A stretch of DNA of 64,000 nt, from assembly GCA_021613535.1 (NCBI GenBank), contig CP075494.1:15376001-15440000 (forward strand), given 5' to 3'. Both the position numbers and the translations under genes were made by a program. Shown here one piece after another: positions 13,120-25,723 of the stretch. Position 1 is the stretch's first letter. The number at the start of each line of letters is the position of its first letter. The notes under the pieces were generated by a model, which was not told where the DNA came from, ran no database searches, and saw nothing but the letters and a program-made list of their open reading frames with translations. This DNA is from Adineta vaga. Its lineage: Eukaryota > Animalia > Rotifera.

Positions 13120-14403
13120 TTAAGTAAGTTCGATTGAAATGAGAATAAAATGAAATCGTTTTTGTTCATCATCTTCATCATTGGCTGATTCAAATGTAAC
13201 TAAATCAATATTATTCCAGTCCAATTGTACTAAAGTTGATTTTTCTCGAAATAATTTCACTTTTTTCTTAAATAATTTCACATTTGACTTAAAACCAGTA
13301 ATCATTATATTCATTCCATCTTCTCCTGCCGACTGTACTTCGATCATATGTACTGAAAATGTGGTATTTTCTTCCATTAATGTTCCGAATAACATCGTTT
13401 TTCCACATGAATTCAATGCAATATAATCTGAACGATGTTGTTGATTTTCACTGTGAAATACATAATAATAACCTGTTCCTTTACATTTCATATGTTGAAG
13501 TGCATGATTTCGATGCATATAGGATGCATTGTGCCATCGAAGATTTTCATATCCACTTGAAATATCTCCTAGATCTTGTGTAGCAGAAATTTGTTTATCT
13601 AAATCCGCAAATGTTATTCGACGACGAATTGATTTAAGAGAATGATCTTTACGAAGTTTTTCTCGATTTTTTCCACGTTGTTCAGCACCGTGAAATGGTG
13701 GATGAAGAAATGGAAAAGGTGATTGTTGTTCTTTCAAATGTATGATATGAAGATTATCAGCTGGTGATAAGTGTGAGAGAATTTGAAAGAATGTTCCAGG
13801 TAGTAAAAGAATTTCTTCTTCATGTTTGAAATAGGAATGCGAACGAATTCGTCGACCAGATTGTGTTTCAATTGAGAATAGTGTTCGAACACCTCCTTTA
13901 CCCAAATAAAGTGGTGATTCAAGAATATTTAATGATAATGTACAAGAACTTAATGCCCACCAAACTTGTTCATTTGTATGTAAATATTGCGAAGATAAAT
14001 CTCCTCGAACACCACGCCAAACGACACCTTCTACAGCTGGTAGTTTAAATAGTGCTGTTAGAAATAATTTTAAATAACGAAACCATGGTTTCAATTCTTG
14101 ACGATTAACACTACGTAATGCTCGATTTAATTTTGCATAAAGACTTTCTTCACTATCCGACCATTCCATTGTATAAAGATGAATTGAAGCTGATTCATCG
14201 ATTGTTAAATCATCATCGGGATTTTGACTATTACGTTTCGATATCCAAATATATTGTTGAAGGTCATTTATAAATGAGTAAAGTGGATCACAAGCTTCTT
14301 CAAGAGAAAGCAATGGTTCTCGATCATAACCAGCAATGGGTTGTAAAATATTACTCGGTTCATCTTTAACATTTGCTAAAAAACGTGGATTCGGATTTTC
14401 CAT
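13120..14403 (-). CDS. R-S-E clade mono-ADP-ribosyltransferase with an additional C-terminal domain, intronless
   Basis: IHLYTMEW...LYAKLNRALR...VWRGV...WWALSSCT...SYFKHEEEILLLPG gives the catalytic R, S-x-S/T and ExE motifs. Confidence 0.88.
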   Translation of the reverse strand: MENPNPRFLANVKDEPSNILQPIAGYDREPLLSLEEACDPLYSFINDLQQYIWISKRNSQNPDDDLTIDESASIHLYTMEWSDSEESLYAKLNRALRSVNRQELKPWFRYLKLFLTALFKLPAVEGVVWRGVRGDLSSQYLHTNEQVWWALSSCTLSLNILESPLYLGKGGVRTLFSIETQSGRRIRSHSYFKHEEEILLLPGTFFQILSHLSPADNLHIIHLKEQQSPFPFLHPPFHGAEQRGKNREKLRKDHSLKSIRRRITFADLDKQISATQDLGDISSGYENLRWHNASYMHRNHALQHMKCKGTGYYYVFHSENQQHRSDYIALNSCGKTMLFGTLMEENTTFSVHMIEVQSAGEDGMNIMITGFKSNVKLFKKKVKLFREKSTLVQLDWNNIDLVTFESANDEDDEQKRFHFILISIELT

Positions 14404-14731
14404 ATTTCCCTTTCAATGTTTATTTCACTGAGGAAATAATAGACCGACGATATGAGTGAAGAAAATAAAATGAGTTATCACTATGACGACAAGGGAAAAG
14501 AACACCATTTGTCTTGTTCTTAATTTTCTTTTTTTGACGAATATCGTCGGAGTTTTCCTCTTTCTTTTTCTGATAAAATTCTTATCAGTAGTAAAAGAGA
14601 AATGTGAAGTTTTCGTATTGATATAGAAGAAGAAAAAATGTTTAAACACAACGATTGTTGTTATTAAACCAGAGATTAATTCTACGATCAATTACTAAAT
14701 AAAACAAACATTCACATTTGCTTAAAGACAA

Positions 14732-16585
14732 ATGTCAAATCTAAACATTCATTTACTCAATGTATTGCTCTTTGATTTATCTTTTTCTTCTTTTTATACA
14801 TTCGAATCTTTCAGGTAATCAAATTCAATAAATTCTATTAGGAAAATTCACGTTTGCTCTTTGTTTTTCAAGTAAAATATAGTCGCGTATGTTATTTTAC
14901 CAATTGGGCAGTTCATCGAACGATGAAAGAAGCTCGTCTTCTTCCCGAAGATATTCCAGCGGATTTATGTACACATATATTCTATGCATTTGCAAGTCTG
15001 GGAAGTTTAACATTACAAGCAAAACATCCGAATGATTTGAATGAATACCAAGGAGAAAAGGTTGAGAAATGGAAGAAGACAATCAGATCATTTCCATGAA
15101 TTGATTTTCTAGGCACTTTATCCACGAATAATGAAATTAAAAGAAAAAAATCCAGATTTAAAAATTGTGATTTCATGTGGCGGATGGGGAAATTCTGGAG
15201 AATTTGATTCGATTGCGTCGTCTGAATCATCGCGGTAAGTTTTTCTTATTGAATATTTTTCGTGTTATTCTTTAGAATTTGATTTAGAGAAACATTTAGT
15301 AAAAATGCACTTGCATTTTGTCGACAACATGGCTTTGATGGCGTGGATTTAGATTGGGAATTTCCTTCATCGAATCATCGTGAAAATTTTGGATTATTAG
15401 TGAAAGTAATTTTGAAAACTATTCAACGGATGTCTTTCCTTTACAGAATGTTCGATTTCTTTAGACTATGCATAAAGTTTTCAAAAAAGAAGCAAAAAAA
15501 TCGAAAAAAGATCGATTAATAATTGCGTTAGCAGTCGCTGCTGGCAAACTTCAAATAAAAGAAGGTTATGATGTACCTGTTCTTTGCCAGTAAATCATTT
15601 TGAAGCAATTATCATTCATTCATATCTCTTTCATTTGTTTTAGTTATGTCGATATGATCAATGTCATGACTTATGATTTATATGGTTCATGGACGAATAA
15701 AATCGGTCATCATAGTGCTTTATTTCATCGACGAGGAGAAAAAGGATTAGAACGAGAATTGAATACTGTTTGTTTGTAATAAAATGATTTCGTTTTTGAA
15801 GATATTTTCATTTAGAATTTTTCGATGCATGCATGGATTAAAGCTGGTTGTCCACGTGATCGACTTCTGATTGGAATACCTGGCTATGGCCGAGCTTTTA
15901 CTGCAACTGGTAATGATCCAATAAAAGCCTATGGTCAACCTGGTGGTGTCAGTTCAATTTCATCACCATATCTTGGTGAAAGTGGTTTATTAGCTTTTTA
16001 TGAAGTTATTTTATTTGATTCGAATTTATTTCTCATTGAAAATAGGACTTCGATTTTAGATATGTAAAAATGAATTGAAAGAAGGATTTAAACGTTATTG
16101 GGATGATGATCATCAGATTTCGATTAGTTATAAAGATGGAACATGGATTGGATACGATGATGCTGAAAGTGTAAAGAATAAAGTCAGCATCGAGGAAATT
16201 TTGTTTTTTTCAGTTGAAAGAAAAGTTTTCTTTTTGGCTATTTTAGTGTGAATATGTTAAACAAGAAGAATTAGGTGGTGCGATGATATGGACATTAGAT
16301 ATGGATGATCCTACTGGAAAATTTTGTCGAAAAAATCGCAAAAAACGTGTACGTCGTTTTCCCTTAATCAATGCAATGAAGGAAGTATTTGAAAAGGATG
16401 AAGAAACAACACATATGAGTACGATTGCTCTTACAACAACATTATCGAATGAAACAATCTTATTAAATGAAGAATTTCATAATCTTCTTGATCAAATGTT
16501 TGACGAAGCTTCATCGTCATCGAAATTATTTCATTCTTATACTATTCAATTTTGTATCATTCTAATTACGATCTCTTTGATCTAA
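14732..16585 (+). CDS. GH18 chitinase with hydrophobic C-terminus (possible GPI anchor), multi-exon
   Basis: [24 protein letters not shown], catalytic [12 protein letters not shown] (15331-15366), [31 protein letters not shown]. Confidence 0.93.
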
Positions 16586-16732
16586 ACATAATATTTTATT
16601 GAATCTTCTTAGAATAAATCTAACCGGTCTTGTTTTTTCAAATGCAAGAATTGCTTTTGTTATTTATTCAGTTTTTTTTTCAAAATGCAGATACGATCCT
16701 TAGGAATTATAATCAATTCTCATCTAACTGAA

Positions 16733-18191
16733 TTAATTATTGTTATTCTTTGCTCCATCACTTTTTTTGACAAGATTGATACTTCGTTTTTGGATTGAAT
16801 TTCTGGTTCCACTACTTTTTTTGAGAAGTTTGATGCTTCGTTTTTGAATTAAATTTCCGGCTCCACCACTTGGTGCAGCAGCCTTGAAATCACCGTCATT
16901 GGCTGATCGTTTTTGGATTAAATTTCCAGCTCCACCACTTGGTGCAGCAGCCTTGAAATCTCCATCATTGACTGATCGTTTTGTTTTCTCGACTTTGCAT
17001 GTGCATGTGCTTGGTTCGAGATATTCACCTGCATTATATGAGCAAACTTTATCACCACAATCACATAAACCATCTGAATTTTTTGAGGGACAAGCTGATG
17101 CAGCTGTTGAGCCTAAAAGAAAGAATTATTTTTTGAAAACAAATCAAAATTAGGACTAAAATCTTACTTTGAACATATGGTGTCATATATTTGCTTGCAT
17201 ATTGTGATTGAATATAGTTACATGTAAGATAACGATCGATACGATCACGATAGACACATTGTGTATGTGCACAACCCATACGTGTTAAGTTACTAAGCAT
17301 TGCTTGTGTATAATGGAGACATGTACCAGCTGGGTTACATCCCACACCATAGAAAAAGGTCTCTTTTTCTGCTCCTAACATCAAATCAATTAAGCCAGCG
17401 AGTGAATTACGAATTTCATCTGACCAAACCATATTTTGTCCATTTTTCCAATTATATTCAGTACTAATACGATTTTCAGCAAGATCATGATCGAAAGCAC
17501 ACATATCTCCTCGTGATTGTGCCATTTTTGCTAATTCATCATCCCAATAAAGTTTGAACATGTATGCTGATTTGACAGCAGAACGATATTGATTATGTAT
17601 ATCGAGAAGTTCTTGTTTTTCGTTTTCAGTTATGGCAACTTGAACTGCAAAAGGACTTGGTGAAAAACTAAAAGTAAAGTAAAAGTCAACAAAATATCCA
17701 TGATCAATCGTTTTTGCTTACCACATCGTGTGATCTTTGGATATATCTTTATATTTCTTTTCACACTCACGTCGACGTTTTTTAAATTTTTTTTTCGCAT
17801 CTTGCTGCACATCTGGACAATAGATGGTCGGAAAATCAGGATTATCCGTTTTACATTGTTTGTATTTCGCTGATTTTGATAAAAGATTACAACCACTATA
17901 GTCTTTTCCATTGACTTTATATGATGAACGACAATCCAATGTTGTATTGGTAAAATCATAACAGTATGTAAACATGCCGATGTAGTTTGTTGTTAATGAA
18001 CACCATGCTATATTTCCATTATCTCCATCAGTTGTACAATTTGTGTACGTTTTGCCTTTGTAGTTAAATGGAAATTCGCAATCACTGTAATCTGTTGGAT
18101 AGACTGAATTTAAATCTGCTGCAATAGTTTTTGGATAGATTGATAAACAGATGATAACAACTGAAATACTAACGATAAGTTGACGAATCAT
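16733..18191 (-). CDS. Secreted FN2 plus CAP/SCP domain protein with repeated C-terminal peptides (3 exons)
   Basis: Signal peptide. FN2 CEFPFNYKGKTYTNCTTDG..AWCSLT. CAP LLDIHNQYRSAV..MFKLYWDDELAKMAQ..GQNM..HYTQ..MGCA..LTCNY. Cys-rich hinge; stop TAA 16735-16733. Confidence 0.87.
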
Positions 18192-18705
18192 CTTGCGAAG
18201 GAATGAGAAAATTACACGAAAATATATCGAAATTTATAGGTATTGTCATAGATTATTAAACATACAGTTGGTGCTTTGAATTTAATGATCTAAAACATGT
18301 TGTTGTTGTTGTTGTTGTTCTTTTCTATACAAGAAAACAACTATTATATAAAATTTCTCATGCATATGTTATAACAACATCTGGTCACTATTATAATTCA
18401 ATTTCATATCATTACATCGTTAATCGATTGTGAAATCAACTAATAGTACATTTTTATTGAACCGAATTATTCATATTATGTGTAGGTGTCTTTAAGTATA
18501 ATATTAAATATTACATTTGAGTGATTATTTGATAAGATTTTATTCTATTTTCAAGAACAAATTGAAAGAGAAGTATTTTTTATAGAATAAAAAGTCGTTT
18601 ACATTATGTTCATTGCTAATCATCGTCTCTCGTCTTCTTATTGAAAATTATATTAATATTATTTTCAATTATACAGTTTATTCTTCTTCATCATAAAAAT
18701 AATAA

Positions 18706-20660
18706 TTAATGAAGAAGAATTTTTTGTTGTGGGGTTTGATGATGAGCAATTGGTTGTAAAATAAAATGTGAAGAAGAAGAAGAAGAAGAAGGATTACTAA
18801 TCTTCTTCTTTTGTGTTGTATACCGCTCATCGATATATATAATTTCAATTGAATCATTACTCCAACCATCATCACTATCGTAATTCATTGATAGATCATC
18901 TTCTTCTCCTTTTGAAATAATCATTTTACTTGAACATTTCTTAGACGAAGAAGCTATCGAATATTCATGATCAATTCTTTTCAAAACAGTCAATTCATGT
19001 GATGATAAATTTTTCGAATCTTTTCTATATGTCTGAGAAGGAGAATTACTAAAAGAGAGAAAACGAATAATCGATTTTATCGTAGAAATCGTATGATATA
19101 TATATATACTTATCAATAGGAATTAGTTGTTTGAATAGAAATGATTGTGGATTATTTTCGATATTTAAACGATAGGTGAGATTTCCTTGGTGATTATTGG
19201 ATTCTTCATGTTGTGTTTTCGTACGTTCGATTGGGTTTAATTTCGATAGTCGATTGATTTCTCCGTCAGGTGTAAAACGTAATAAATTAGTCAAAATAAT
19301 ATCTGATGATTGAATCTTTGGTAAAGGATTCAATTTACCAGGAGTTAGAATAGTTCGTTGAACGTGTTTGTGACCTTGACTTTTTTGTATAAGATCAATC
19401 ATAGATGGCTTTTGTCGTTTGTTATTCTGTTTAAGTTTATCATTTGTAGATGATCGAGAGAGATTATCCGAAATCTGTCGGAGTTGATTAGGTGGAGGTT
19501 TTATTTCATTTAATCGTCTTTTTAACTTTGGATTTCTTTTATCTTGACACAAAACTGGTAATGCTTGACGTGAATTGACATTTGTTGATTTACCGAGTGT
19601 ATTATTTCGAACATTTGTTTCTAGAATAAAGAAATTCGAATTTTAAACTCAATCCAAATGTATTTACTTGGATGAATAATGACTGTTGATTGATGTTGTT
19701 GTTTAGTTAGAAGAATATCTACTTTTGACGATGGAATATCTAAGGGAATTATTTTCTGTTGTGTACGTCGTCGTGGTGGTGCTGGATGTTGTCTATCGAT
19801 AACGGATCGATTGATATGAGCTCGGATTTGTTCAGGATTGCGATAATGACTAAATGGTGTTAAAGATTTTGGTTTAATTGTTTGATTACTTGAACTACTT
19901 GTTGTTCGTGTTAATGATGGAATTGCTTCGTCATGATTGACAAGACGTGTTGATGGTTGAACAATAATATTTAATTTCGTTGGTTTACGTAACGAAGGAT
20001 TTGCTTTTTGAAGAGGTGTTTGTGTTGTTGGAAGAATTCTAGTTGTTAAATCATTTAATGTTCGATGTTGTTGAGTAAATGGATAAGGAAGTTCAGTTTT
20101 ATGATTTCTTATTTTTTTAAAATAGATTCCATTGGTAATTTGTTCTTGATCATCTGATGATGAACTTGAATTTTGAGAGAGAAGATTTGAATTATTTACA
20201 TCACATTCATTCAATGCACTTAATGGTCGATGAAGAGACAAATGTTGTTGTTGAGGATATTGAACTGAAGAATTTGTAGATGAAGAAAGATCAATACCGG
20301 AATCAGTTGATTCATGTTGAGATTTCTCAATCTAAACGAAAACCAATATTTTCTTATCATTTTGTACAGAAATAAAACGGGAATTTTACTTGATGAATCG
20401 GTAAGATTAATGATGGTGAATCATTGTATGAAGTACGACGAGTATTAGTAATCGATTGAATTTGATTTGTTCGTTTTCTTGATTTTTCAGCTAAGACTGG
20501 TTTTGTAATTAATTTAAAATGATGATTGGATGTGAATAAATGACCGGTACCATTGTTGTGTGGGGATGATAACATGAATTGCTCGTCGTCGGATATGGAT
20601 TCAATAATACTGATCGATCCAGTAAAATTATTAAGAGAAATATTAGTTATTCGAGAATCT
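18706..20660 (-). CDS. Uncharacterised Ser/Thr/Pro/Gln-rich low-complexity protein (multi-exon, 5' end uncertain)
   Basis: Consecutive long minus-strand ORFs separated by short GT-AG introns; no recognised domain. Confidence 0.65.
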
Positions 20661-21656
20661 AAATGAATGAATAAGATTTTACTGACAAATGAGATTCTCT
20701 TCGCAGTTCTAAGAAATCATCCACTTTTGTTAAAATCGATGTTTACATTTCATGGAATTTATTTGTCATCATCAAATTTACTTTTTATTAACTATTAGGA
20801 TAAAAAAAATTTATACATTTTCTATTCAATGCTTGACAAAAGGCGAAAAAATATCGATTTTACAATCAGTCTGTTCTTCCTACATTGCACTAATGTATAT
20901 TTGATCATATCTGACTAATGATTACATATTCGTAAAAGAACGTACCTTTATGTCGTTGATTTGGCTTCATTAACAACGTGATTAGAATGTTATGCTTTTA
21001 TTTGAGACCTCAAAAGTCAATGATGCTTTTTCTTGTTATTATTTTTTTTATAACAACGTTCAATTCATCTAAACGGAATTAAAAGATATGAATATAAATG
21101 AATAATGACAAGAGGAATTGCTTTACTTCTCATATCAACGTAGATACATTGTGTTCAATTTCATTTCTTTTTTATTCTTCGGAAGCAATTTAAGTTCTTC
21201 TTCTTCTCTCTTGCGTTCTTTTTTCATTGCGTTGTTATATCACATTTCTTCGTTCTTATATCGATAACGCTCATTGACAATCGACTTTTTTTTTGTCAAA
21301 TAAATGATAAGAAGATTGTAATAGAGACAGAAAGGAGAATCAAGTGATTTTGTTCATAGTAACCGATTGCTCATATTGTATTACCAGATAGAACGAACGA
21401 ATCAAATATAAAAAGAAAATCTTGATTCATAGATTGGATTTTCATTTGAACAGTGGAAATATTTCAAGGAAAAAAAAAGTTATCGAATTCTTAGTGAACA
21501 AATAATGAAAATAGATCTCGTATAGCAAAATTTTTTAATTTCAACGGTTTATTTATCGTATTTTATTATTGGATCCTCTGTTCATAATTTAGTCTTGATA
21601 ATGAAATTGAATACTTCAGTGATACAAAACATAATAAAAAACAAGAAATGGAAAGT

Positions 21657-23781
21657 TTAATTCGATGATATTAACTGCATGATGAATATAAAGAGAACAA
21701 GAAATAGATTTGGTATCGTTGTTGTTGTCTCTGATACAGTTGTTGTTGTCTCTGATACAGTTGTTGTTGTCTCTGATACAGTTGTTGTTGTCTCTGATAC
21801 GGTTGTTGTCGTTTGTGGTACAGTTGGTGTCGTTTGTGGTACAGTTGTTGTTAAATTCATCCCTTTCATGGTTGCATCAATCCAATCATAATAGAATGAT
21901 AATCGAGTATAGATTCCTGGATAAACCGCTTCAGCACAACCTCTTCCAAAACTAACAAGACCAACTTGTTCCCAATGATCATCTAACCATTGATGAATCG
22001 GACCACCACTATCACCTATAGAAGAACAAATGTCAAAGATTACGATACAAAATATGATTAGGAGTAGGTTTGTGTAACTAACCTTGACAAGAATCTTTTC
22101 CTCCACCATCGACCAATGCGCAAAATTGTCGTTCTGGATTAATTATTGAATTTAAACATCGACGATCATCATTAGCAATTGTATTTACACGAACTTGACG
22201 TAATACTTGTGGTCGTCCACCACCATAAACGAATCGACCCCATCCGATGACAGCTAAACGTGTACCGACTTTTGGATAATCAATTCCAGCTATTCTTGAT
22301 GGTATACAAGTCATACCAGCATGATTTTTCAGGGCAGTGAAATTAACTGGATTGGCGAGACGAATAAGTGCAATATCATTGACATATTGTGGTGGTGGAA
22401 TATAGTCTGGATGTATAATATATGTAGCAATGGCACTTATGTGTGGTGAGGGATGTGTTTCATTATGAACACCAACATGAATGGTAACTCCAGAAGGACT
22501 TGGTAAACAATGAGCTGCTGTTAATACCCATTGATCATCTAATAAAGTACCACCACAGAAATGTGTTTTGAACACACTTCGGAGCGATACTACCCATGGC
22601 CAACTATGTGCTTGAGCATTTTCACCACCGACAATTCTTCCTTGAACTCGACGATGAGTTTCCGATGGAAATGGAGGTTCATCATGAAAGATAACTGGTG
22701 TTGAAGAACAACCACATGTCGAACTTGTATTACATTGAAATGGTATAGGAGGACCTAGAAAACATTAATTTCTGTTTAGAACAACGAAGATTTAGGCCAG
22801 ATCAGATTAACCTTACCAAGTACATCTGGCTTTGGTGTTGGAAGTGTGGGAGTTGTAAAAGCCAAAAATGGTGGTGTTGTGGGTATTGGTGGTGGATTTT
22901 CTAATGTTTCTGAAATCCATTCAATGAACGATGCTATTCGAGTATATAAACCTCTTGGATTACATGAATTACGAAAACTTGTAACTCCCACAAGTTCATA
23001 TTGTTCAATAGTTGCATTAAAGATCATCAATGGACCTCCAGCATCACCTACAAAAACGAAACGATTACTCCGTAATCAGAAAAGAAACACATCTCTCTTA
23101 ATCATTTACCTTGACAAGAACCTATGAAAATAGAATACAAAAATTTATTAGAAATAATTACGGTCAAAAAAACTTCTCACCAGCAGCACACAGTTGCGTC
23201 GCTGGATTCGCAGCTATTTCTTCAGTACATGAAACATTTTCCTGTGTGATTACTTCTTGCAATCCATAAGGTGGTTTCGTTGTATTCGTTACAGTTTGCG
23301 TATAACCCCATCCGATCGTTGTCAAATTAAAATTTTCCAATGATGTTATATTCGATAATGTAATTGTTGATACACTCAATCCTTTGATATTAAATGGTTG
23401 ATCAACACGAAGAATTGCAATATCATTGGTAAAATTGTTAGCTGTATAATTTGGATGAACAATTGTATGTATGACTTTTCGAACTTGGGCGTTTTCGTCG
23501 GTGTCATTAAGAAGACTATGTATACCTGCTTTCGCTGATAGAGCATTGCCAAAAATTAATGAAGATTGAAGGCAACTAACAGCAGTAAGTATAAAAGTGT
23601 CAGAAATGAGTGCTCCACCACAAAGATGTGTTAAAAAACCAAGTGCATCGAATCGAATTGATACCATCCAAGGGAACTTATCGATAGCCGTTTCGGAGCC
23701 ATCAGAAATTCTTGCGTGAGCTTCCTGACATACACCATCGTCTATGAATATCAAAAGAAATACGAGGAAAAGTAATTTCAT
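21657..23781 (-). CDS. Tandem S1A serine protease: inactive domain 1, active trypsin-like domain 2, Thr-rich stalk, hydrophobic GPI-like tail
   Basis: Domain 1: RISDG...LTAVSC...DIAIL...GDAGGP. Domain 2: RIVGG...LTAAHC...DIALI...KDSCQGDSGGP. Followed by (TTTVSET)n and LFLVLFIFIMQLISSN*. Confidence 0.9.
21718..21850 (-). repeat. 21-nt coding tandem repeat (TTTVSET/TTTVPQT)
   Basis: GTTGTTGTTGTCTCTGATACA x4 plus two variant units. Confidence 0.9.
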
Positions 23782-24210
23782 GTTAGTAATTCGTTTCGAA
23801 TATCGTAAATGAAAGAGATTCTATAACTCAACGAAATATATAACTTGATCTGTCAAGTAAATAGAAAAATCTTGAATTATTTTATCTGATTCTTATCAAA
23901 AACATTTAAGATCAATAATAGAGATTTTTATTTGTGATAACGAACTTAAGTTATATTTTAATAGCATGAAGTAGGAGATAAAACTTATTCTTATCAAAAT
24001 GTTTTTTTCAGTATACATTAGAAACGATGACAACGAGAAAATTTCTAAAATCATGTTTCATCAACGGTTCGATGCATTGCATTCCTACTTCCTTCATATT
24101 TGAGTGAGAGAAAAAGAATTGTTAAACAATCTTCGTAGGTGGAAAACAAAGGAAAGTGAATAAAGAAGAATAATTAAAATCTATTTTTCATTTGTTACTA
24201 ACGAGCTTTG

Positions 24211-25095
24211 ATGTATAATAAAAACGATTCATTCTTTTCTCAAAATGAAAGTTTATATATTAATTACTCAAAAAATTCAATATCAAATATCATTCAATTA
24301 TCGATTTTATCATTGACAATCCTATTTGCTATTGTTTACACAGTTTTAATTATTGTTCGACCAACATTTCGAAAAAATAAACACAATTGGTTTACAATCA
24401 ATGTATGTATAGCAACAATTCTTCTTGGTATAAATATGATAATAACAGTTGTCGCTGACCCATTTCATCCATCAGCTATTTTACCTTGTCGTGTTCAAGG
24501 ATTTTTCTTGATTTTATCTGCAAATCAGTTAATGTATTCACATTGTGTAGCTGCGATTAGTCGAGTACTAACGATTGTTTATGCACATAAACATTTCTTT
24601 CGTTCACGTATATGTATATGGACTTCAATTGGTTCCGGGTGGTTAGTTGCACTATTTATTTCCCTATACGACTTGTTTATAGATAATTTTGGTTGCTTAA
24701 ATGTTCAAGGAGCAAGTTTTTTGACATGCTATACTCTTGTCACTACTTTTGGCATACCTATTGTCATCATTACGATATGTAATGGTCGAATTCTACGTTA
24801 TGTTCGACAATCGACTCGTCAAATACATGCAACAGGTAGTCGAGCACTAATGTCACATGCACGTGATGTACATTTATTTAAAGTAATGATCATTACATTT
24901 GTTGTTTTTCTCGTTGGATGGGCACCTGTCTTTATCATACGAATATTCGGTATGAATGAAAATCTTCCGAGATTTTTAGACAATATCCTTCAAATTTTAC
25001 CATCTTTAACAATGCTACATGATGTTCTCTTTCTAATGTTAACCAATCAACCTATTCGTCTTTTTCTCAAACAGCTTCTTGTTCGACGAGTATAG
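24211..25095 (+). CDS. Divergent rhodopsin-like 7TM GPCR, intronless
   Basis: Seven hydrophobic segments, TM3 Cys (PCRVQG), AISRVLTIVY (DRY-like), FLVGWAP in TM6, TNQPIR after TM7. Confidence 0.82.
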   Translation: MYNKNDSFFSQNESLYINYSKNSISNIIQLSILSLTILFAIVYTVLIIVRPTFRKNKHNWFTINVCIATILLGINMIITVVADPFHPSAILPCRVQGFFLILSANQLMYSHCVAAISRVLTIVYAHKHFFRSRICIWTSIGSGWLVALFISLYDLFIDNFGCLNVQGASFLTCYTLVTTFGIPIVIITICNGRILRYVRQSTRQIHATGSRALMSHARDVHLFKVMIITFVVFLVGWAPVFIIRIFGMNENLPRFLDNILQILPSLTMLHDVLFLMLTNQPIRLFLKQLLVRRV

Positions 25096-25656
25096 AACAA
25101 TAAAATTCGAATAGGAGCGACTAGATTTCATCCTAATAGAAATTCTTGAATGAAATCAAATAAGATTCTTTTAATAATAAATAAATCTATTCGAATGAAA
25201 AAATGAACAAAAGTCATATTTTTTTTCACATGCTTAGAAACATAATCAGCAATAGCAAATTTTAAAAAAGTGTTCATTAGTTATGCATCGTCTACATCAC
25301 TTGAGGAAAAAAATAGGACAGTACGAGAAAAGCATGTGCGTTTTAATTGATATGTAAAGAAATGAACAGTAATATCATTTACATTTCTTATGACTATAAT
25401 ATTCTGAATAGAATGATCATGATATAAAGCTGATTATTCAGTACAAAAAGTTTAATTTCAGATGTTTTCAAAGTACATTTCTAATGTTACATTACTTTGT
25501 TAAGCTCTGATTCATCATTATAAGCATATGTAGTTTTTAAGGACATAAGAAAAAAAGTAATGATTCATTCTATAGCATAGTGATCGTAAATAATAATTAT
25601 GTACTTTTTCCTCGTGAACCCTGATTTTTGATTCATGCATTGCTCGATTTCTGTCG

Positions 25657-25664
25657 TATAAATA
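25657..25664 (+). promoter_or_regulatory. Possible TATA box
   Basis: TATAAATA about 65 nt upstream of ATG 25724; weak evidence in AT-rich DNA. Confidence 0.35.
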
Positions 25665-25723
25665 TCACCATTCAACAAAAACACACCTCAGTATTTAAAA
25701 CTACATCAACGACTTTACTCCAC

